From: Azolla caroliniana
Taxonomy: Eukaryota > Plantae > Polypodiophyta
DNA: 64,000 nt
Direction: 5' to 3'
NCBI GenBank assembly: GCA_043228905.1
Contig: JBHGNT010000017.1
Location: 2,790,001 to 2,854,000, forward strand
Positions 59,513 to 64,000 of the stretch are shown one piece after another (the stretch's first letter is position 1; every line of letters begins with the position of its first letter). The position numbers were made by a program, and so were the translations under genes. The notes under the pieces are model-generated. The model saw only the letters and a list, made by a program, of their open reading frames with translations, made no database searches and was not told the DNA's origin.

Positions 59513-62500
59513 ACGTCGTCGAGGGCCATTATCCAAAGAAGAAAAGCAGCGACGTCGTACAAATCGACTATGTCTTTACTGCGGTGGACCACCAGGACAT
59601 ATTGCAATAAATTGTCCCCATAGGCCAAGAAGACAGGTAAACCAAATAGTCGCTAGTTCTAATTGTACTAAACCCGAGCCTATTTCAGTAGGGATATCTG
59701 ATAGTCCTAATAGTACTAATAGCCCAGATCTAGCGAACAGATTTGATGTCCTTAGTCAGTTAGAAGAAGAGTTAAACAACTAAGTCCAGCCAAAATAGGA
59801 GCCGTTTGGTTGGACAGCCCTAGATCTGTGCAACCCATTAGTGGTTCCATTCCCTCTAAGCAAGTTAGTGATGTGTTCGTAGCCCAAGTAATAGTTAGTA
59901 CTAAAAGTACCCCTCCAGTACATGTCCTAGCACTCCTAGATTCCGGAGCTAACTCTTGCTTTATGGATAAGAAATTTGCTCAAGCTCATAAGATATCCCT
60001 AAGAAAACTCCAGTGTCCAACCTCTGTAGTAGTCATTGATGGACGTCCCATTGCTTCCGGAAATATCATAGAAGAGTCAGAGCCCATTAATATTGTCCTA
60101 GATAACTTAGCATGTGTAGTATCATTTAATATTATTAGTATCCCAGAACATCCCATAGTTTTAGGATTGCCGTGGTTCGAGTTACATAACCCAGACATAG
60201 ATTGGAGAACAAGAGAAATCCGATGTCGACAAACCCAAGGGTCAACTCAGAAGATGGCAACCATTTCGCTACATCAGTTGCGTAAAGAAGGGCGCAAGGA
60301 GGAAATGTTCCTCTTTGCAATATCAGTAAACCCCTCCAGCACCACTAAAGAAGAATCCACTGTTCAACTTCCCGAGAAGTATCGTCATTACGCCGATGTG
60401 TTCGATAAAGTACAAGCCAACACACTTCCTCATCATCGACCGTACGATTGCCCCATCGATTTACAACTGGGAAAAGAGCCGCCATGGGGACCGATCTACA
60501 ATTTGTCACCAACCGAGCTGGAAGTCCTTCGGGCCTATATAGAGGAGAATTTGGAAAATGGTTTCATTCGGCATTCGAAATCTCCAGCTGGCACACCAAT
60601 TTTCTTTGTCAAGAAAAAGGATGGATTGCTTCGTCTCGTTGTAGATTACCGTGGCCTGAATAAGGTTACAATCAGGAGTAGGTATGCTCTTCCCCTTATC
60701 TCAAGTCTTTTAGAACGGATCAATGATGCCAGGTTCTTCACGAAGATCGACTTATGGGGAGCATATAACCGCGTTTCGCACCAGATATGGGCACTTCGAA
60801 TATACGGTCATGCCGTTCGGCCTCACTAATGCGCCGACAGTCTTCCATCACATGGCTAATGATATATTCCGAGATCTATTGGATGATTGTTTGATCATCT
60901 ATTTGGATGATCTACTAGTTTATTCAAAGACCCAAGAATAACATGATTCTCATGTACTATTAGTACTAAAACGACTTCGAGAACATGGTCTGTATGCAAA
61001 GCTGGAAAAATGTAGTTTCGGGTGCAACCAAGTGGAATTTCTCGGCTACATCATTTCGTCAGAAGGCTTCTCCATGGACCCAGCTAAGGTCAAAACGGTG
61101 GTAGAATGGCAGACTCCGCGTTCGGTGCGGGATGTGCAATGCTTCCTAGGCTTTGCCAATTTTTACCGGAAGTTCATACAAGATTACTCAAAGATCGTTC
61201 TACCTCTCACACAACTTACCAGGAAGGGACAATCGTTCATCTGGTCTGAAGAAACGGACATGGCTTTCGAGAGTCTTAAAAAGGAATTTACATCGGCTCC
61301 AATTCTAGCTCATGTCGATCCGGAAAAACCATTCATTATCGAAGCTGACGCATCGGATTTTGCATTGGGGAGCATTCTGTCACAACAGGGGAATGATGAG
61401 AAGTTACATCCTGTGGCTTTTCACTCGCGCAAGTTTGACGCCGCCGAAATCAACTACAAAATTCATGATAAGGAGCTATTGGTAATAGTGGATTCTTTTA
61501 TGCAATGGAGGCATTTTCTGGAGGGATCCTCTCATCCGGTCATCGTATTTAGTGACCACAAGAACCTTGCCTACTTTCAGGATGCTCGTGTGCTGAATCG
61601 ACGTCAAGCTTGGTGGGCCCACTTCCTCACGCGTTTCGACTTCAAAATTACATATCATCCGGGGAAGCACCAAGGGAAGGCAGATGCATTATCACGGCGT
61701 TCGTATCTAGCACCCCGTCCCAGCGAGCCAACTTTCGATAACCAAAAACAAGTCATCTTGGGACCGGCACGACTACAAGCAACACAGATCTTTGACATGC
61801 CCATGGATTCCCGCGTTATCGATACCATACGCGAAGACTTGAAGACAGATGCGTTTGCCCAAGCTATACTAGCACAAATTGATCCCTCTCGAGCGTCGTG
61901 TTCACAGTCGCAACCACCAGGTACGGACTATTGGCAATTCAAATACCATGATGGATTACTCTTCTTTAAAGAACTTTTGTATGTTCCTAATGGTTCTTGC
62001 CGCCTTCAAGTAGTACAAAACTGTCATGACACATATACAACTGGGCATTTTGGTAGTACTAAAACGTTACATTTAGTACAACGATCATTCTGGTGGCCAT
62101 GTATGCGACAATTTGTCCAGGATTTTGTTCGGACTTGTGATACATGCTGCAGAGCAAAAATGCCAAGGCATCATCCATATGGTTTATTAGAACCATTACC
62201 AATTCCAAGCAAGCCGTGACAATCCATTGCTCTAGACTTCATCACAGATCTTCTCGTCTCTAAGGGGTTCAATGCGATTCTAACGGTGGTCGATCGATAT
62301 ACGAAGATGGCTCATTTCTTGCCATGTACTAAGGAGATCTCCAGTGAAGACACTGCCGAAATTGTCATGCGTGAAGTATGTCGGCATCATGGACTTCCCG
62401 CTAGTATCATCAGTGACCGTGGACCCCAGTTCGTGTCAAAATTTTGGAAGCACCTTTTTAACATGCTCAAGGTCACTTGTAACCTCTCCTCCGGCTACCA

Positions 62501-63617
62501 CCCACAAACCGACAGCCAAGCCGAACGAACCAATCAAACGCTGGAGCAATATCTACGGTGCTTTCTCAGCTATCATCAGGATGACTGGGCAGATATTCTC
62601 CACTTCGCCGAATTTGCCTATAACAACTCTATCCACGCATCCACTAAAGTTACGCCATTTTATGCTTATACGGGATGTCACCCCCGGTGGTGTGTACTTG
62701 AAACCCCAGAGGTGTCCACAAATCCTTCTGCAGAGGATCGTTTGGAGAGGTTACGCAAGATACAAGTGGATTTATCTACTAATCTCCAACAAACTCAAGA
62801 AACACACAAGGTTTATGCGGACCGTCATCGACTCCCATCTAGTTTTAACATTGGAGATCGGGTATGGCTACTCCGACGACACATCAAAACTACTCGCCCA
62901 TGCGAGAAGTTGGATTATCGGCGATTAGGTCCTTTCCGTATTATAGGAAAGATTAATGATGTCGCTTTTCGTCTTGATCTACCTCCACAACTTCGGGTAC
63001 ATCCGGTGTTTCATAGTTCTCTCCTTGAACCCTATCAAGAGAGCACCATCCCAGGATGTATTACACAGCCTCCACCCCCGATTGAGCTTGAAGATGGACC
63101 TGAGTACGAGGTTGCCGCTATCCTTGATTCCAAGCTTGTTCGCAACAAACTCTACTATCTAGTCGATTGGCTAGGATATAGTCCCAGCAAGCGTACTTGG
63201 GAACCGATAGAGAATGTCACCAACGCTCGTGCTCTTCTTGAAGACTTTCATCGTCAATATCCAGACAAACCGGGTCCTCAATCCAAAACGACTCGTTACA
63301 CTCATCGTTTTAAAGGGGGGATAGTGTCATGATATGGCAAGACTCGAACCCATGACCTTAAGCTGCATGGGTCGAGCTCTTGCCCATTAGACTATGCATT
63401 GTAATACGTAGAATATTATTTTCATTTATGTTTTATTATAGAAAATTGATGTTTATTCCAGATTTCTCTGGAACATTCTAGAAACTTCAGGAGTATTCCT
63501 TAGAACACTATAAAAGGAGGGACAAGGCATTATTTCGAACCAAATCGGTTCAATGCCAGTCTTAAGCCTCCTAGCTACTGTACATTTTCTTCACATAATA
63601 TATATCCTTTCTTATCA

Positions 63618-63663
<46 letters not shown>

Positions 63664-64000
63664 CCTCTGACTCACTCTTTCCTTCTCTCGAGAGTTCTTC
63701 ACCTCTCTTAGTACTAATACTTCTTTTAGTACAAATTCCTTCTCTGTCTTAGTACTGTTCCTGACACCCACATGTGCAAACTGTATTAGTTAGGGATGCG
63801 CTATGGTGACGTAGTAGATTAACAGAGTCCTTCAGAAAACCCATCTGTACATGGTAAATGCAACAACATGTGTATCGATCCTTTAAGCGTCTCACAAAGT
63901 GTGGCTTAAGAGACTCGAATGTTCGTAGTTGAACTTTGATAGTTAGATGCATTCGTTTGAACCTAATAAATAAATCGACCTGCGTAATAAAGGGGAATTA

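Larger units (their letters stand above)
57210..63766 (+). mobile_element. Full-length Ty3/Gypsy chromovirus (Tf1/Tcn1-like)
   Basis: LTRs 57210-57653 and 63325-63766, TSD CCCAC, PPT AAAGGGGGGATAG. Gag 57728-59783. Pol has LLDSGA, YLDD, ADASD, SDRGPQF, HPVFH and chromodomain YEVAAILD..YLVDWLGY..TWEP. Several stops and a frameshift. Confidence 0.97.
49311..64000. mobile_element. Large Sola2-like DNA transposon with cargo genes; right end outside window
   Basis: The Copia RT stops abruptly at IGFHM and new sequence starts GGGTAAAAGC, fitting the 5'-GRG terminus I recall for Sola2. Subterminal AGCTAATTAGCT motifs recur internally, and the element contains a DDE transposase. Confidence 0.7.
55181..64000 (-). 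pseudogene. Sola2-like DDE transposase, split by a retrocopy (55523-55947) and a Gypsy (57210-63766)
   Basis: VDFAENY..QNEIQSMHW, SDDKKHD, WSDGVASQFK, WNFFGSGHGKGEHDGAG. The upstream FESLKPHFV..RYTCCCIYH segment lies at 63772-63950. Confidence 0.85.

Overview
Eukaryotic, AT-rich, transposon-dense plant DNA. A non-seed plant such as a fern is inferred from the TE lineages, not proven. The only intact host genes are two intronless LRR receptor-like protein (RLP) paralogues (20236-23238 minus, 32032-34305 plus). They sit divergently on the arms of a ~5.6-kb inverted duplication whose spacer holds an eIF(iso)4G MA3 pseudogene fragment. The rest is nested mobile DNA: several Copia elements, two or three Gypsy lineages, many solo LTRs, LINE fragments and two large cargo-carrying DNA transposons. 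Highlight: the left element (<1-7899) pairs a putative Sola-like transposase with a divergent six-exon gene (2338-6810). That gene encodes a ParB/Srx-like domain fused to a bacterial-type beta-class N4-cytosine/N6-adenine DNA methyltransferase, and its first intron holds a 51-bp-period array of near-perfect palindromes. The right element (49311->64000) is Sola2-like and carries a spliced RING-type gene and a degenerate NIF/FCP1 phosphatase, also with repeat-filled introns. Other points: cassette-like hypervariable LRR modules in the RLPs, a tRNA-Trp-primed Gypsy family with 4-bp CpG-centred target duplications, a self-priming chromovirus, and tRNA-like Pol III boxes inside LTRs. All family assignments come from motif recognition by eye; no searches were run.
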